Assembly: GCF_001194135.2 (NCBI RefSeq)
Contig: NC_068988.1
Location: forward strand, 70,608,284 to 70,672,283
DNA length: 64,000 nt
Reading direction: 5' to 3'
Source of the DNA: Octopus bimaculoides
Lineage: Eukaryota
Shown here: one piece after another, positions 26,202-40,500 of the stretch
How the letters are laid out: every line of letters begins with the position of its first letter
Position numbering within the stretch: position 1 is the first letter of the stretch
Made by a program: the position numbers and the translations under genes
The notes under the pieces: generated by a model
Seen by the model: the letters and a program-made list of their open reading frames with translations, nothing else
The model's database searches: none
What the model was told of the DNA's origin: nothing

Positions 26202-28457
26202 GAGTAAGCAAAATCCGAAAGACTATTTCAACTATATTTCGTAAACAATCAATAACATTGTATAGACCATTTGGAAACTTCAGAAAAACAGCTTCTTCCA
26301 TCTTATTTCAATCATTGTTATATATTTTGTATTTCCTATTCTCCTGAATAGAGATGTTTGACAAAATCAGAACGGTGATGTAAACACAAACAGACTATAA
26401 ACTGCATTTAAAATAACTAGCTGACATTTTGATTGTGAAACCTTAGAATATTATTCAGAATTTAGTTTTACGTATGCATATTCATGACAAGGAACATTTA
26501 TAGAAAATTTATATATGTTAGAAATGAAGACGACTATCAAACTGCTGGGACATGATATTCAGGTTAAATATATATTCACAGTAAACGTGATATATTTGCC
26601 AAATGAAGACAATAGTATGTTTGATTCAATGTTGCAATTGATTTTCCATGGATATATATCCATATTGACTTTATCAGAGATTGTAGGTATTTTTTTCTTT
26701 TTTGTATCTCTATATTTGTAGAGTTTTTGTGCTGTAGGTGTGAAAATTTTCCAGTGAAACACCTTTCCCTATGCATTTTTAGCACCTAACTTATATTTTG
26801 CTTAGGAATGCAATACGGATTTTTTTTTTCAAATGTAATTACTAAAAACCTATTTGGATCTAAACACAAAATGTTCGCTCCTAAAATATGACGGTGTATA
26901 TCTAGTGGAAATTTATAGGGTTTTATGAACTGTTTCAAAAGTCGGTATTTAATAGAAATATATGTTTTATACTAACTATTACACATAGTCATGGAGGAGA
27001 GAAATAGTGACCATCACGTTTATGATTAATATGTCTGGTTTCGCTTCTTAAGTTTAAATCTGCTGATAAATACTTAAGCAGTGCTTCTAAAATTAAGTGC
27101 TAAATGTTAGAAAGGTAGATAATGTTAATTACGTTATAAATGTAGAATGTGTTAAAGAGAAAAGAAATTCCATATGTTAGATGATAGCATTTGATATAAA
27201 TATGTGAGAAGCGAAAGAAAGAAACCCAGTAAAAAATAGTCAACTATCTTGAAAAAATCTTAGTAGAATGTAAGATAAGAGTTTTTGTATTTAGTATTTA
27301 TTAACGGTCTATAGAATTTCAGAATCTTTATTATAAATATGTGTATAAATCATTGGTTGCAGCATACAAGTTATGTCAGCTTGCATGACGGTCTTAATCA
27401 GAACCATTGTGTAGCTGTGATATACTTTTTCTTTGCTGTGTAGGAGACTTTCTCACAGGATCGTGCAAAATGGCATTTCCAAATATCTATTTATCTGGCG
27501 TCAGTTTCTACTAGACTTCAATTACTTAATTTCATAATGAAATGAAATTGTTCATGGAGGAGGAGATGGTGGGATAGTGCAAGTGGTGATGATGATAATG
27601 CTTGTGGTTTTGATTTCTTGATGTATGTGATGGGTTTCTGTATTTTGTTGATGTTATTTTTGGTAGTGGTCGTTATGGAATTTTAATTTTGTTCATGATT
27701 CAAGTGGTGGTCGTGGTAATAGTGATAATCACAAAGGGGTAAGGACCAATAATGATCTTATTCAAAGATATAAATATACATATATGTCTATAATATACAT
27801 AGACAAGCATCCTCAAATACAAAATGTTAACTCTAGGACTTCAGATTTAACTTGATGTTATTATTTTTCCTATCATTATAAGAGTCAAATCAATTTTCTT
27901 CAGTCTGTTGCTTCTAGACAACTTGACTTCACTAAAATAAATTTACAACTACTTCTTTAAAATAAATAAATAAATAAATAAATTTATGTAAAAAGAAAAT
28001 TACAGCGAACAAAAGTAAATTTCAGAAACCCTCATAAAAATGTCTGCTATGAAATTAACCTCATAAACAGAATAAATAGACTTTTTGAATTTTTAAAAAC
28101 ATTATGTTTTATGTTTGATCTTCATAGAGCTTGGACCTTTTCTTAATTTAATTTCAGTTTTATGATATTGTTTATATATTTTATTAATGATTAATTTTTT
28201 AGTTATGTCTTTCTCTTTAATTTCCTCTTTTCTATTTTCATGTGTATATGACAGCCAACTTTATAATGTCTCTTGTATTGTTTTCTGTATGCAAGATCTG
28301 TGAGTATAAATGGATTAGTATTATGCTTTTGGAGTATGTGTTTGTTTCTTAGTGAATATAGATATGTGTGTGTGTGTATGTGTGTGTGTATGTATGTATG
28401 TATGTATAAAACACACACACACACACATATATATATAACATATATACATATATGTAA

Positions 28458-28545
<88 letters not shown>
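28458..28545. repeat. (AT)n microsatellite
   Basis: Directly visible. Confidence 0.98.
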
Positions 28546-28547
<2 letters not shown>

Positions 28548-29785
28548 TGTATATACATATATACGTACAGACATACACACGTGCATATGCGTGTGTTATG
28601 TCTATGTGTGTGTTCTGTCTGCATTCATTTGTGACTTACATGTATGAGTGCGTGTATTGTTTGGCGAGAACTTTATCATATTATGCAGCCTTGTGAATGA
28701 CATACGCAAAATCCCGAGAAAACAAATATGATCAGTGTCGCAGCAATCACCCGAGCGTGCAGCGGAGAAATATTTTTACTATAGTTCAATGTACTTTCTG
28801 GACTATGGAACATGAGTGGCAATTTACAAAAGATCAAGAAATCCTGAGCGATAAATTCTCTATAGCGATAAATTCTCTATAGCCTCAGTAATCGGTCTCG
28901 GGAACCTATCAAGCTATCAGACGCCATGTTTCTACTTCAAGTCTCGTGAGAAGACTTCAAGCTGCTTCTGAACTATCTTAAACTAGTGGATCCAGAAGAC
29001 TTTGAGATCTTTCACCAAGGTATACCATACAGCCGAAATTTTGACGGGCTGCCAATTATAGAGCTGCCATCGGAAAACCGATTAACAAAAAATCTCATTT
29101 GTATGCCAATACTGCGGCTCAGAGTTGATGATTCATCATCGCTAAATGCCCTAGGCATAAAGCCAAAAGTACGAAATTATCGGCACGATGGCGATAACAT
29201 CGTCACTATCTAGATAACTATAAAGACCAATTTGCTTTCGCCAGCAGTAAAAGTATAGCACCACTGTCTATTTATAGTAAAGGTCGTGTTATGCGCAATA
29301 GAATATATATTGTTAAACGTTTACAATTTATGTGTGATCACGCAAATAAGCTAAATGATGGAGAGGCAAGATTCACTGTCAGCCTTTCCGACATGAGATG
29401 TAATATGCGTACCGTATGTTTAGATTTGATGAAATTACTGAGCTACAACGAATCCGTTTAATTGTGGTGTAACAACTCAAACTCAGGGAATACTCGAATT
29501 AACCATCAGCAGCCGTTAGAGTTCTTGATAAGGTCTTATTTGGAATAAATGAAGCCAACATTGATATAGACTTTATGTTTTGTTTTTCATTGCATAGTCA
29601 GGTGACATCGTTGACCATAATCTAAACTCTGTGTGTGATGAATAAAGGTAAGAAAGGTAATTTTAATTCAAAATTATGTTCTTCCTGTTCTTGTCATAAT
29701 ATTTAGTTTCAGGGATGTGATATTACTTTCCTTCTTTCATACATAATAGACTACATCATTTTTTCCCTTTGCTACAAAATTATTC

Positions 29786-29831
<46 letters not shown>

Positions 29832-29833
29832 GT

Positions 29834-30212
29834 GGAGGCGCAGTGGCCCAGTGGTTACGGCAGTGGACTCTCCGTCGTAGGGTCGTGGTTTCGATTTACG
29901 GACCGGGTGTAGTGAGTGTTTATTGAGCGAAAACACCTAAAAGCTCCACGTGGCTCCAAGCAGAGGGTGGTGACGAATCTTACTGTATTCTTTCACCATA
30001 ACTTTCTCTCACTCGTTCTTCCTGTTTCTGATGTACCTGTATTTCAAAGGGGCAGCCCTGTCACACTCTGTGTCAAGCTGAATCTCTCTGTGAACTAGGT
30101 TAAGGATACAGGTGTCTGTGGAGTGCTCAGCCACTTGCAAGTTAATTTCACGAGCAGGCTGTTTTGTTGATCGGGTCAACTGAAACACTCGTCGTCGTAA
30201 CCGACGGAGTTC
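29834..30212 (+). mobile_element. SINE family B (full length)
   Basis: GGAGGCGCAGTGGCCCAGTGGTTACGGCAGTGGACTC head; tail GTCGTCGTAACCGACGGAGT. Confidence 0.92.
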
Positions 30213-30937
30213 CCCTTCTNNNNNNNNNNTATATATATATATGCCTGCCTGCTAGCAATGGCAGTCCTTACACACAATATAGAGAAGCGGCAGACAGCCG
30301 CTAATCTTGTAACGAGCAAAGTAGCTAGTTCGAAAATCTCTAAACAAGATACAGGTACTTACAATACTAGACGGTGACATCTTTTGGCACTATAACATGG
30401 CTGTTCTATACTGAACTGTGTTACAATATTTTAACGTCTTTTTATTCGATACGAGATCAGCAGCTGTCTGCCGCTTTCTGTTTATACATTGTGAGAAGGG
30501 ACGATTGACTGCCATCTCTAGCAAGTAAGTATCCGTTACCGATGACGAGTAAAGACCCAGAATCCATGATCTACTGATCACGCCAAGTTATGAGGGGTGT
30601 GATTCGCTCCCTTACTCGCACTATATCAGATAGAGGTTGTGTCGTTAACTAGCTGGAAAAGACTCTTTCCTGGGGTGAAAATGTAGTAACATAGTTTTGT
30701 GTAGAACAACCATGTTATAATGGCAAAAAACTCTTACCATCTCGTATTCCAATATGATTTCGCTATCATGTATGACGATTATGACTTAACATGATAATAT
30801 CTACAAGTGAAACATATGTATAAATTATATGATTTATGATGTTATAATAAAAAGATAAATTCTTTTGTTTCATTCTGCTCCGGATTTTACACATATACGT
30901 ATACATGTTTACGCACAGACAGACAGACAGGCATATT

Positions 30938-30941
<4 letters not shown>

Positions 30942-31008
<67 letters not shown>
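30942..31008. repeat. (GATA)n microsatellite
   Basis: Directly visible. Confidence 0.98.
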
Positions 31009-31009
<1 letters not shown>

Positions 31010-31473
31010 TTTGCATGTGTTTATATGTGAGTATTGTTTGAATGTGTATGAGATGTATGGAAAGAAATATATACCGTTAGCTACTTCTGCATATATTGAT
31101 ATTTTCTGGCAGTTAATAGTGGGGAGCAAGTTCTCTCTTATAACCATGTTTAAATGCCATCCCTTCGCGTTTTTCTTCATAGATGAAAATATGGTGACTA
31201 AATCTTAATTTGGTAAAAACAATAGAATGGGAAAATTTAGTAGGCAAATTTTAGAAAGAATATGTTTCTCAAGTGCTATTACTAGAAAGTTGCCACTTTT
31301 CTAGTGTTTTCTATTGTCTGAATAACAATGAAACAATTTTTAGTTTGTTGTGAAAATGAATGCAATTGAGTATGCGTCTATGTATTGTGTATATGTATAT
31401 ATTGAAAGAAACGTTCACATATTCACTTGGAATATTCATTTATTCATATATCCACTTATTACTTTTAAACAGT

Positions 31474-31814
31474 GGTGGTGCAATGGCCCAGTGGTTGGGG
31501 CAGCGGACTCGCGGTCATAGGATCGCGGTTTTGATTCCCAGACCGGGTGTTGTGAGTGTTTATTGAGCGAAAACACCTAAAGCTGCACGAGGCTCCGGCA
31601 GGGGATGGTGGCGGACCATGCTTTACTCTTTCATCACAACTTTCTCTCACTCTTACTTCCTGTTTCTGTTGTGCCTATAATTCAAAGGTTCACACTGTGT
31701 CACGCTGAATATCCCCGAGAACTACGTTAAGGGTACACGTGTCTGTGAAGTGCTCAGCCATTTGCACGTTAATTTCACGAGCAGGCTGTTCTGTTGATCG
31801 GATCGACTGGAACC
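31474..31814 (+). mobile_element. SINE family B (3' end in gap)
   Basis: GGTGCAATGGCCCAGTGGTTGGGGCAGCGGACTCGCGGTC head and family body. Confidence 0.92.
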
Positions 31815-32283
31815 NNNNNNNNNNNNNNNNNNNNNNNNNNNNNNNNNNNNNNNNNNNNNNNNNNNNNNNNNNNNNNNNNNNNNNNNNNNNNNNNNNNNNN
31901 NNNNNNNNNNNNNNNNNNNNNNNNNNNNNNNNNNNNNNNNNNNNNNNNNNNNNNNNNNNNNNNNNNNNNNNNNNNNNNNNNNNNNNNNNNNNNNNNNNNN
32001 NNNNNNNNNNNNNNNNNNNNNNNNNNNNNNNNNNNNNNNNNNNNNNNNNNNNNNNNNNNNNNNNNNNNNNNNNNNNNATATATATATAATATAAATAATA
32101 AATGAGTATATGCATATATACGTACAGGTATGTGCATACCTACGTCTACCTGTATATATAGATGCATATCTGGGTACAGGACATTGCAAACAAAACGTAG
32201 ACAAGAAAATAATAATAACCAGAGTACAGAAAACACACAAGCCACATAGAGAACAGTTTCCTTCAGCTATCCCCGTTTTAACA

Positions 32284-32620
32284 CCGGGTTACAAGTATTT
32301 CATAGCGAGCGGAACCTCAGAAGTGGTAGATATCCAAGCGAGGTCTATACGGAAGGCTACTCTTCAGGCCAAGGATATATCATTAAATGAAAGTTTACAT
32401 TGTCGCAAGGAGGTACATGTTAACACAGGGAAGGTGTAGTCAGAAAATTCAGTAACATTCTGATTGAATCTTCCAAGTGTTAGCATGTACCTCTTTGCGA
32501 CAATGTAAACTTTCATTTAATCAAGATATCCTTGGCCTGCATAGTAGCCTGCAGTATACACCTCGCTTGGATATTTATGACTTCCGAGGTTCCGCTCGCT
32601 ATGAAACATATGTTACCCGG
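32284..32620. repeat. ~337-bp fold-back inverted repeat (MITE-like or long hairpin)
   Basis: 32284-32432 is the reverse complement of 32470-32620 (e.g. TTTCATAGCGAGCGGAACCTC / GAGGTTCCGCTCGCTATGAAA; TTAAATGAAAGTTTACATTGTCGCAA / TTGCGACAATGTAAACTTTCATTTAA). Confidence 0.9.
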
Positions 32621-33478
32621 ATCTTATCTACTCCATTACTTAACTCTTGTATTCTTAGTACAATTTCTGGCAACCTTGGTTGCTTGAAAGGAACGTGAAA
32701 CATGAAAGAACGTTTTCAATTTATTGTACTTCGATAATAAAAACTTCCGTCTCAGTAAACCACTATTGACCCTCAAAGTTGCTTTTATATTTACTGCGGT
32801 TTGCTAGAAGCTAAATTTCTTCCTATACCTCAATCCGTGCATCGCATATATATATNNNNNNNNNNNNNNNNNNNNNNNNNNNNNNNNNNNNNNNNNNNNN
32901 NNNNNNNNNNNNNNNNNNNNNNNNNNNNNNNNNNNNNNNNNNNNNNNNNNNNNNNNNNNNNNNNNNNNNNNNNNNNNNNNNNNNNNNNNNNNNNNNNNNN
33001 NNNNNNNNNNNNNNNNNNNNNNNNNNNNNNNNNNNNNNNNNNNNNNNNNNNNNNNNNNNNNNNNNNNNNNNNNNNNNNNNNNNNNNNNNNNNNNNNNNNN
33101 NNNNNNNNNNNNNNNNNNNNNNNNNNNNNNNNNNNNNNNNNNNNNNNNNNNNNNNNNNNNNNNNNNNNNNNNNNNNNNNNNNNNNNNNNNNNNNNNNNNN
33201 NNNNNNNNNNNNNNNNNNNNNNNNNNNNNNNNNNNNNNNNNNNNNNNNNNNNNNNNNNNNNNNNNNNNNNNNNNNNNNNNNNNNNNNNNNNNNNNNNNNN
33301 NNNNNNNNNNNNNNNNNNNNNNNNNNNNNNNNNNNNNNNNNNNNNNNNNNNNNNNNNNNNNNNNNNNNNNNNNNNNAATTTTATCATTAAGCTGTAATTA
33401 GCAGAACCATATACACGCGCACCTATGGCGGTGGGCAACTTTGTATGGGGTTCTGATGATTATGGTTCCATTACAAAT

Positions 33479-33537
33479 CAGGCTGAAGAGAAATAGACAG
33501 TCGGTAAGATTGTTGAATTTGAAACCGGTACCTGTTT
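33479..33537 (+). ncRNA. Minimal type I hammerhead ribozyme motif (family 2)
   Basis: Stem I CAGG(33479-82)/CCTG(33531-34); core CTGAAGA 33483-89; stem II hairpin including GACAGTC/GATTGTT; GAAA 33521-24; palindromic stem III ACCGGT; predicted cleavage after GUA (A33530). Confidence 0.7.
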
Positions 33538-33738
33538 AATAATGTTCCTTTTCGGTGATTTTAAATGTCTTGCCCGCTTACGTTTTGGTATCACGCTATA
33601 TTTCATGTTGAGAACAATTTAGGTCTTTTTAGACACAAGATGTGATCTATTTTTAGCACATTAAATGTCCACGTTAGTGGTCAATCCCATATATATATAT
33701 ACACGTATATACACACACATATATACACACAAACACAA

Positions 33739-33809
<71 letters not shown>

Positions 33810-33992
33810 CGCGTATTTATGTATATTTACGGGAATCATAGAATAACATGTCCAGAACAATTACTGAAAATTCCACACATAAAGACACCTGAACAGTAAT
33901 GAAATTTAAGTTGTCAGGTGTCTAAAATAAACGTTCAAGATTATAAAGCTACCAATTTGTAAAATCACATGTCTAAAATAACCAAAGTTCTA

Positions 33993-35426
33993 CAGATTGT
34001 CCCAAAATTAAGGCAACCAATTTTTTTTCAGCATTGCCAAAATAACATATTGTTATATTTCATGTCTGAGCGTTGCAATGTGATGGTAAAGGAAATACAA
34101 ATATGACCCTACCACATGTATTCGATATAACCACCTCTGTTTCGAATAGAAGCCCTAAGCCTAGGCGCGAATGCTTAACACGCAGCACGCAGATGTTCCT
34201 GCGGAATCTAAGCCCATTTCTGACGCAGTTTTGCCTTCAGAGCATCAAGCGAAGAATGATGAATGCTCGAGGTCCACGTATTCAAAATGGACCAAACAGA
34301 AAAATCCAACAGGTTGACATCGATGCTTGTTGAGAGCCATACATCCTTGCCTATGTCCCTCAGCTTTGTCCCTTTGTAGCTGAGGGATGGTGAAAGTAGT
34401 AACTGAATCGGGAAATTCATACTATAGCAGTTCAGCTTCCGGAATGTCGCTAATGTTTCGGTGGATGTTAATTTCAACACTCGCCGGTACAAAAACGAGG
34501 GGCGACATTCCAGTGGCTCTTACAGCCGTCCAAACCGTAACTGACTGTGGATTTTGATGTCGATTTACGAGTCTACCCTCGACGAAGCCAGATATACTCC
34601 AAAGTCGGTCATGGCAATGGTTTACTATGCTATATCAAATCGCTTTTCATCAGTGAACACCAGGTTGGGCGGCGTTTCTTCAGCAATCCGACGAAGGATA
34701 AGACGATTCTCTCCAGTCTAATGTCCCTATAAACATCAGTGAGCACATGACGGCGGATTATCTTGTAGAAGTAGGCCCGGAGATACACTTTCAGCTCTCG
34801 TACATCGATGTTCGGCTTATTTTTGATGTCATGACGTGGGTATACCCGTCTGGTGTAAAATATTATTACACAAAAGATTTACTGGTTGTGGTTATCTGAA
34901 GATGACCTGTCGCAGAAATACTCGAACGTAGGTATGATACTCAGTATTCACTGTTCAACTACCGACTGCTAAACCAACACTCGTCGAACTAACACAGTAA
35001 ACCAACACCAACGAACTAACACCGTCATCTATCCCGCCCCTGACCGTTCACTCAGAGGATTTTGATGTATCTTTTCTCTGGTATTTTGATAAGCTCAGAG
35101 GTCTGCACACTTCTTTTTCGGCCACGTCCAGGTTGATCAGTGGTGGAACCAGTCTCTTGGAATTTTTGATAACCTTCCAGACTATTGTTCGGTTAATTTT
35201 AAGCTTTTTTGCTATAGCTGTATTACTTTCGCCTCCTTTGTGGAGGGTTATGATTGTATCTTAGTCTATAGCCATTATCTAATTTATAAATCTTAATTTA
35301 TTTAGTCTGAAACAAAAAGAAGAGACACTAAGCTTTTATAATTGTGTATAAATTTCATATCTTATTGCATCTATTGATAGTTATTAAAGGCCGAATTTTC
35401 GGTTGCCTTAAATTCGGGACACCCTG
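33993..35426 (-). mobile_element. Full-length defective maT (DD37D-like) Tc1/mariner transposon
   Basis: TA-flanked TIRs CAGATTGTCCCAAAATTAAGGCAACC / GGTTGCCTTAAATTCGGGACACCCTG; minus-strand motifs LVFTDEKRFDI, QNPQSVTVWTAV..TGMSPLVFVP, LLDFSVWSIL, SLDALKAKLRQKWA. DD spacing not counted. Confidence 0.88.
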
Positions 35427-36457
35427 TACATACGACAACGACTTATATAAGGCGTTGTACAATAAATCAGTACCATGTGATTTTCTTCACTATCAACAAC
35501 ATTTACTTCTGATAATCGGGAAATTCTTTAACCAGTAAGGTTCATGTGTCAGGTCATTCAGAGGTAAAACCTAAAGGTTGATATCTGTAAGTTGGATAAC
35601 TTTGAAAGGTATTTTTCAATATCAGCGTGTCGTTATGACGTTGATCACTTGATTAGTAGTAATTCGTTTGCTATGGTACGAGTTTCCCAATTCAGTTATT
35701 ACTTTCACTTTCGAAATAATGAACACGTCTTTAGATCATTTAAAGCATATGATATTGAATGAGTTGAGAAATGGCAATAATGCTACACATGATATCCGAA
35801 TTATTCATGGTGTTTACAGGAAAGAATGCGTTAATTGGCTGAAAAGGCAATATACCTGCAACGAAATATTTAGGAAGGATATTTTAAGTTCAGTTTAATG
35901 AAGAGCTGCTTTAGTGAGAACTTGATAGAAATAGTGAAGTTACAATCGAGGAATTGATCCAGAAAATGAAACTGATCCATTCCACATTTCACTTGAATCG
36001 ACACCAAGTGTCAAAAATTGGAAAATATATTCCTGAAATTTTGACAGTCACTGGCAAATGCTTGGATTTCCATTATGACAATAAATGGCCCTGAACAGCA
36101 AAAATCATGTCTAATAAATTAAAAACCTCGGCTGGGGAAAAATTCTTACAACCTTCTTTGCGTGGCCATGCGGTATCTAATTACAAACTATTCCAAAGTT
36201 TACTGGAAAATTTTGATGAATTAGTTCTCAAAACGTATGAAGAAGTGAAACGACACTCTTTATATGCTTTTCCACCAAAATCAAAAGTTTTCACACAAAT
36301 TACCATCTAATACTTCACAGAACAGCCAGCTGATGAACGGTAGCACGCACGTTGATTACCAGTTTGAAATCCAATAATTTTCATGTTCAAGGATTTTGCA
36401 GGAAGCTCCATGTATATTATACTAACGTACATAGCATACATATACAATACATACATA

Positions 36458-37285
36458 CGATGGTGGGCTGAAAAGTTCTTTGGTTGACTATGTAGGAGTG
36501 CTGCTAGAACTATGAACTCTTGCATGCATTAATTCCAATACTTCTCATTAATAACTGGATTGTTTCTTTTCAGCTAAAATGACATCTGATTGTTCAAAGA
36601 AGACATCAATTGTTGCGACTTTTCTTGATTACGGACAAAATGTGTCATCGTAGTGTTATAAATTTTCTGGAGAAAAATGGTTTTATCCCCTAAGGACATT
36701 CATGCTCACATGGTTGCTACATTAGGGAATGAAACACCAGTTTTATCAATAGAGCAAATGTAGGCAGCTGAATTTAGGAGATGAAGCTGGCCCAAGGAAT
36801 AAAGGTTCTGCAACTGCCATCAACTATAAAACATTGCTTGCGTTCACTACATACTGGTGGATGACAAGAGATTGACTATAAATCAGATAGTCAATGCTAT
36901 ATTCATCTTCTGAGAGAAATTTAAGAATATACTGCACATTGAACTTGGCATGACGAAGATTTCTGCTCGGTCAGTGTCATCTAACCAAAAGCACACCACA
37001 TTGATTTCATCATGGGAAAATCTGACATTATTTGTGGCAGATCCAGCTGGTTTAAACGTTTTCTAACCCATGATGACTGTTGGTTTCATCACTTTGAACT
37101 AAAACAAAGAGACAATACATACAGTGGAAACCTTTCTTCACCTGCTCCAAAGAAAGCTAATGTCATTTCATCTACAAGAAAGTGACAGCTTCAGCTTTTC
37201 GGGATGTAAAACGTATTGCAATTTATTGACTATTTTCAAAACGCCTGAAACATCAATGGAGAATAATATGCCAATTTGCTGAGGC
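36458..37285 (+). mobile_element. Mariner relic, 3'-truncated
   Basis: TA-CGATGGTGGGCTGAAAAGTTC left TIR-like end; remnants such as PKDIHAHMVATLG, TKISARSV, FLTHDDCWFHHFELK, YFQNA.NINGE..ANLLR. Confidence 0.75.
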
Positions 37286-37329
37286 ATCACGGTCTATCAC
37301 GGTCTATCACGGTCAAACAAAGAAGCTTG

Positions 37330-37342
37330 TGATAGATAGTTT

Positions 37343-37403
<61 letters not shown>

Positions 37404-37426
37404 GTAGGTAGGTAGGTAGGTAGGTT

Positions 37427-37487
<61 letters not shown>

Positions 37488-37488
37488 G

Positions 37489-37533
<45 letters not shown>
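37330..37533. repeat. (GATA)n/(GGTA)n compound microsatellite
   Basis: Directly visible; source of the YLSI ORFs. Confidence 0.98.
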
Positions 37534-37534
<1 letters not shown>

Positions 37535-40500
37535 CACATATACATATACTCATATAACAATGTTATATATATGGAAACAATTTAATTGTAGGATTCGTTT
37601 CCCATGTTATTGCAAAATGTGTGTGCAAAGCAAAACCGAACTAATGTATGGTGTTTCATTGATATCGATTCCCTTAATTCAGCCAATGAACCAACCTCCT
37701 ATCCTTCTGAAACGTAAATTCGGCGTGAACGTACATAACTCAAACGTTGCCTACGCAATAAATTCATTCCGAGGAATTCCATCATGGTAAATACATCATC
37801 TCTAGTTTAATCTCTTGATAATTTCATAGCAGGTATATTGCCTCTTGAGCCAATTAACTGTCAATGCATTCATCATGGAGTTTTAGGCGGTATAACCCCA
37901 ACACCGTTCAATACATGAATTAGGTACATTCAGGAGCGATATTTAAAATAAATTTGTATATATTTTATACATATTGTATATATTTTTTATTAAGACATTG
38001 CATATAAGACGTTTGCAAACACGCACAGCAAAATTATATCTACTGTAACAGTCTTGAAAAAAGATTCTACTTATAGACACACCAAACTTAGCTATGACGT
38101 GATCGAATGTGTTACATGTGTTTCTGCACCGTTATGATGTATCAGCAACAGACACTAAATATGATGTTCGTAGGTCACAAAGAACTTCGGTCTTATATGT
38201 AAACAGCAAAAGAAAATTTTGAGGATGCAGAAAGCTCGAAGCTTAGAACGAAGGATGTATTTTAAGCAAAGATTACAATACTTGTTGTGAAGAGATTTGC
38301 AAAATTAATGAAGAAACACATAGCAAACTTACAGATGATTGTGTTTCTTTTTTCTTACACGTTATTTCACAAGAACTAATGTAGCATCGGTAAATACATT
38401 TACTGAATTCTTATAAAATTCTTCTGTTACTACAGATTTAACTAACAGCAAAATTAGATAAGAGTGATACACGACCTGAAACTTTAGAATCAATAAATTA
38501 ATTTTCTTAATTGTCATAGTCATATTGTAGATTCATAAATACACTTTTAATTATACGTACTATAAAAATTATCAACCTGATACTAGACAAGTGACGGCTA
38601 ACCATAAGCCATTACAAGTGGTATCATGATTAGAATCGGCAGATAATTGGAGAACTATGATTTGAAACTAATTACTAAAGTTGATTCCACTTCTCCAGGG
38701 GAAAGCATAAATCAGCACCATCAGATAAATACTTACTAATTAAACTAGTACTGCTTAGTTTAAGGGTCGCTTAACCAGCGCGTCATGGAATTTACTATAC
38801 ATTATTGGATATAACTAATATAATAAAGTTTAAATAGAAAACATGAGACAGACATTGAGAAATATAATAATTGTTTATTTTGAACAGAATGTAGAAAATA
38901 TTCGTAATTGCATATTTGAATTGTGTGAGACAAACATCAGCTCTATATACGTTAAGTATGATACACGAATGACATTTGCAGTTTCATTCTGTTTCATTTG
39001 CAACCATAGTGTTTAATTTATCCCTCTAAGGTATACCATAGTATCAATAAATATCTTATTCACTGTCTGCTATGTATTAGGGGGTCAGAGATTTTGACGT
39101 ATGCTACAATACGATATCATCCACAGTTTTGATATGTGTCACTGAATACTGCGGAATTCCCCAGATAAATCCAGCGACATATATATATATATATATATAT
39201 ATACATTCATTCATTATAATAGCAACACATCCCGGCATTGCCTGGTTGTTATGACCTACAGCCACATTGTATTATTTGTTCCTTTCTTATGGGCCGAATC
39301 GGCAAAGTTCATATATAGTGAACTGGATTACTGGCGTAATTGTTTGAAAGTGAAGTGGGGAGAGTACATTATGCATGGGTCTTCACGAAAGTGCTTTCTG
39401 TTCTTAAGAAAGATCTCAAACTATGTATTGTTTCATCGTATAACAGTGGGTTAAGACGATTTTGCCCAGAAATCACGTTTTCAAAATTTTAGCTACTCCC
39501 CACCGCAATTTCTCAATTTTTCTTTTTTATCCACGTAGAAATATACAGAGTTTACGAAACTGGGAAACATGTATATATTTTAAAGTTAATTTCTTCTTAA
39601 AGAAACATGCAATCTCCCTTTCCCCACCTAAAATTTCCTAATGTTTCACTTTCGTTCGATGCTTTACACATGCGTAGAATTGTACGGAAATAGCAGACGT
39701 AAAAGTTACCAGACCACCACCAGAAAACCCGGCATGCTAGAAACAATAGGTAAGCGACAGTATTTCTGAAGAAACCTCCGCGCTTTCCAAAACCTAAAAA
39801 TCAAACATTGGGAGTTTGTAGCTTTTTCAAAGCGGTTAAATGTTGGGATAATGTCTAAGAAGATTTTAGTGCTTCTTTTAGAAAAAATGGAAAATGAGAA
39901 TTCTTAAAGATTCGTACTCTCTACTTTTTTCTCCTTTGATTACCAAGAAAAAAACATTTGGAAAAAAAGTTTTAAAATGAAAAAACTGGGGTGGAGAGGA
40001 AGATAATTGAAATATTGAGAATATGTTTTTGCCTGCACCTAAAACAGGAAAAGGNNNNNNNNNNNNNNNNNNNNNNNNNNNNNNNNNNNNNNNNNNNNNN
40101 NNNNNNNNNNNNNNNNNNNNNNNNNNNNNNNNNNNNNNNNNNNNNNNNNNNNNNNNNNNNNNNNNNNNNNNNNNNNNNNNNNNNNNNNNNNNNNNNNNNN
40201 NNNNNNNNNNNNNNNNNNNNNNNNNNNNNNNNNNNNNNNNNNNNNNNNNNNNNNNNNNNNNNNNNNNNNNNNNNNNNNNNNNNNNNNNNNNNNNNNNNNN
40301 NNNNNNNNNNNNNNNNNNNNNNNNNNNNNNNNNNNNNNNNNNNNNNNNNNNNNNNNNNNNNNNNNNNNNNNNNNNNNNNNNNNNNNNNNNNNNNNNNNNN
40401 NNNNNNNNNNNNNNNNNNNNNNNNNNNNNNNNNNNNNNNNNNNNNNNNNNNNNNNNNNNNNNNNNNNNNNNNNNNNNNNNNNNNNNNNNNNNNNNNNNNN

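Noticed and set aside
28986-29213. 75-aa ORF DPEDFEIF...
   Set aside because: No motif recognised; possibly a TE relic but unassignable without a search.
29598-29647. 50-nt plus-strand segment with strong acceptor and GTAAGA donor
   Set aside because: Stop codons in all three frames; shows the false-positive rate of splice signals.
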